NCBI GenBank assembly: GCA_045837725.1
Contig: JBEWZL010000244.1
Coordinates: 372,001 to 436,000 of the forward strand
DNA length: 64,000 bases
Source: Vermamoeba vermiformis
Lineage: Eukaryota
Reading direction: 5' to 3'
Shown: piece by piece, positions 62,146-64,000 of the stretch
Layout: every line of letters begins with the position of its first letter
How positions within the stretch are numbered: the first letter of the stretch is position 1
The notes under the pieces: generated by a model
What the model was told of the DNA's origin: nothing
Database searches by the model: none
Seen by the model: only the letters and a program-made list of their open reading frames with translations
Program-made: the position numbers and the translations under genes

Positions 62146-64000
62146 TCAGACAGGTACAGTACATGTGGCTTCGCAAATTGCTTTGAGCCACCCAGGAATC
62201 GGACATTTGAACAAATTGTCCGAAGCATTACACTGTTTCAGCAACGGTGGTACCTTATTGAACTTGGACGATACGGAAGTAAAATTGTTCTCGCTGATGT
62301 CTAGAACCACTAAATTCTGAACGAATTCTTCTGGTAGGTCTAATTCGCCGCTGAAATAATTGACTTGAAGTGCAATGTATACATTTTCAGGACTCACGAG
62401 TGCTTCGTTGAGTTTTGGAATTGTGCCGGAGAGCTGATTGCCGCCTATTTCTAATCGAACTACGTTCGTTTTTGCAAGGCTCGGTATTGTGCCAGTGAGA
62501 TTATTGTAGCCCAGATGCAACCGCGTCAGATTCGTCAATTGTGAAATTTCGTTGGGCAATGTTCCTTGCAATCCACTCCGATAGATATTTAATTCTGTAA
62601 GGTTCTTTAGGTTCCCAATCTGTGTCGGCATCGTCCACGACAGCTGTTGATTAAGACCAAGGTATAAAGTGTTCAATGACGGCAATGAAAATATCTCCAA
62701 AGGCACAGATCCGTGGAGTAGTGTTCTTCTAAAGGAAAGCTTGGCGAGACTTGTAATATCTCCTATCGACTTTGGTATTGTTCCGTATAAGTGTTGCGAT
62801 GCCAAGTATAATTTTCTGAGCTTGCTGAGTCTTCCAATTGAGTTGGGAATTGTTCCTATCATTTTATCGTTGTCCATAGCAATCTCGATCACTCTCAAAT
62901 CACTGTCACAATAGACACCAGGCCACTTGCACACAGACACAAATGCCGATGCTCCATTCTGCCAATTTGGCCCGTCAGTATCGTAAAAGAACTCTTGCAG
63001 CACGTCTTGGTCCTTCGATGTCGCTGGAGCAGGTGCTAGCGGTGTTAATGCATCGGAATCTGGTCGTCGATTATCGCTACTTGGCGGTGTGTGAACGAAT
63101 GGCACGATGAAGAACACTCCAATAGCAACACTGATCAACAAGAGAACTGCGAGTGATGTGCCGATGATCCATCGAAGTGATCGATTCCTAGAATTGGGTA
63201 GTGCTGACTTTTGTATACTGTTCTGCTCTTTTTTGATAAATTCGGCGTACATCATATCGACAACTTGATGGATCTGACTAGTGTTCGCTTTCATGTCACT
63301 GATGTCTCTAAAGTTCTGTTTGATCGATTCGCTCAGGTAAGGAATCAATGACTCGTAGTCGACATGAAGAATGCCTAAATATACTCATTAGTATTGAGCT
63401 CAATAGTACTGTAAACACGTACCATCGATGAGTTGAACTGCTTCAGGCACGACACTCTCAATTTGCTGAGCGATGTATCCAACGAATCGTCTGTTTAGCA
63501 GTGCATTGGTGGCACCTTGTTTGAATTTGTACTCCACTCCATCAATTTTGAGAAGCACGGAGCGTGGGTCACGGTCGTCGATCAGCAGTCTTACATCTTC
63601 TTTGATGTTGATGTCTGATGCCTTGTAGAAGTTGAGTGCTCTGAAGTTGCCAATCACTTCTGCATTGCCGTTGTACAGCACGATATATTCATTGGAGTAA
63701 TCACTGTGTAATTGTTAATAAATGCCGAATTAGTGGAAGAGACGCGTACTTTTCAATATATTGTCTAAGTTCTGTCGTTGCATAACTCGCTTGCCTATAG
63801 TGCAACATAATTAAAACACGGTCTTAAGTAGTAAATCAGTGCCACTAGCTTACGAAATTGGTACGAGTGCAAGATCCTCCGAATCACCTTCATTGCTGTA
63901 ACTTTGCAATCTCTCTTCGGAGTCATTGAAGTCCGCCATAACACTATCTTCATCGCAATATTCTTCGGGAGAGGCGTAAACTGCGTCATTTTGAGGAAGT
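62146..64000 (-). CDS. MYRF/MrfA-like LRR protein, copy D (5' end outside window)
   Basis: Acidic linker exon near 63855-64000, S74 exon in ORF 63400-63681, TM-LRR exon in ORF 62146-63348. Confidence 0.85.

Noticed and set aside
52294-62914. Plus-strand ORFs recurring opposite the LRR exons (52294, 56858, 57212, 59594, 62669)
   Set aside because: These are antisense shadows of the repetitive LRR coding sequence and recur only because the sense genes are paralogous.
53276-63681. S74 domains as evidence of a prophage or tail-fibre genes
   Set aside because: They are split by spliceosomal introns and fused to TM-LRR exons, and there are no other phage genes in the window.

Overview
AT-rich, gene-dense, intron-rich eukaryotic DNA with short GT-AG introns. 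The gene content suggests a free-living protist, possibly amoebozoan (inference). About 28 protein-coding genes can be assembled from the exon fragments. They include GMP synthase, a voltage-gated K+ channel, NmrA-like, ABM and FAD oxidoreductases, a divergent actin, a cytochrome b5 protein, PRA1, an EGF protein, an LRR dual-specificity phosphatase, an SSUH2-like protein, two head-to-head PA-domain 7TM receptors and several F-box genes, four of which form a mosaic cluster. The standout is a tandem array of at least four minus-strand genes (52080 to beyond 64000). Each encodes a putative Ig-fold DNA-binding domain, an acidic linker, a MYRF/MrfA-type peptidase S74 intramolecular chaperone/autocleavage domain, a coiled coil, one TM helix, a Pro/Ser/Thr stalk and a plant-receptor-type LRR ectodomain. 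The autocleavage domain is nearly invariant between copies while the exposed LRR residues are hypervariable. This suggests a family of single-chain 'LRR receptor / self-releasing transcription factor' proteins (inference). Also found: a young 1207-bp non-autonomous LTR element (134-bp LTRs, 5-bp TSD, PBS, PPT) that splits a host exon, and a strongly base-paired intronic RNA or MITE candidate. Exon boundaries were read by eye and some gene ends are approximate.
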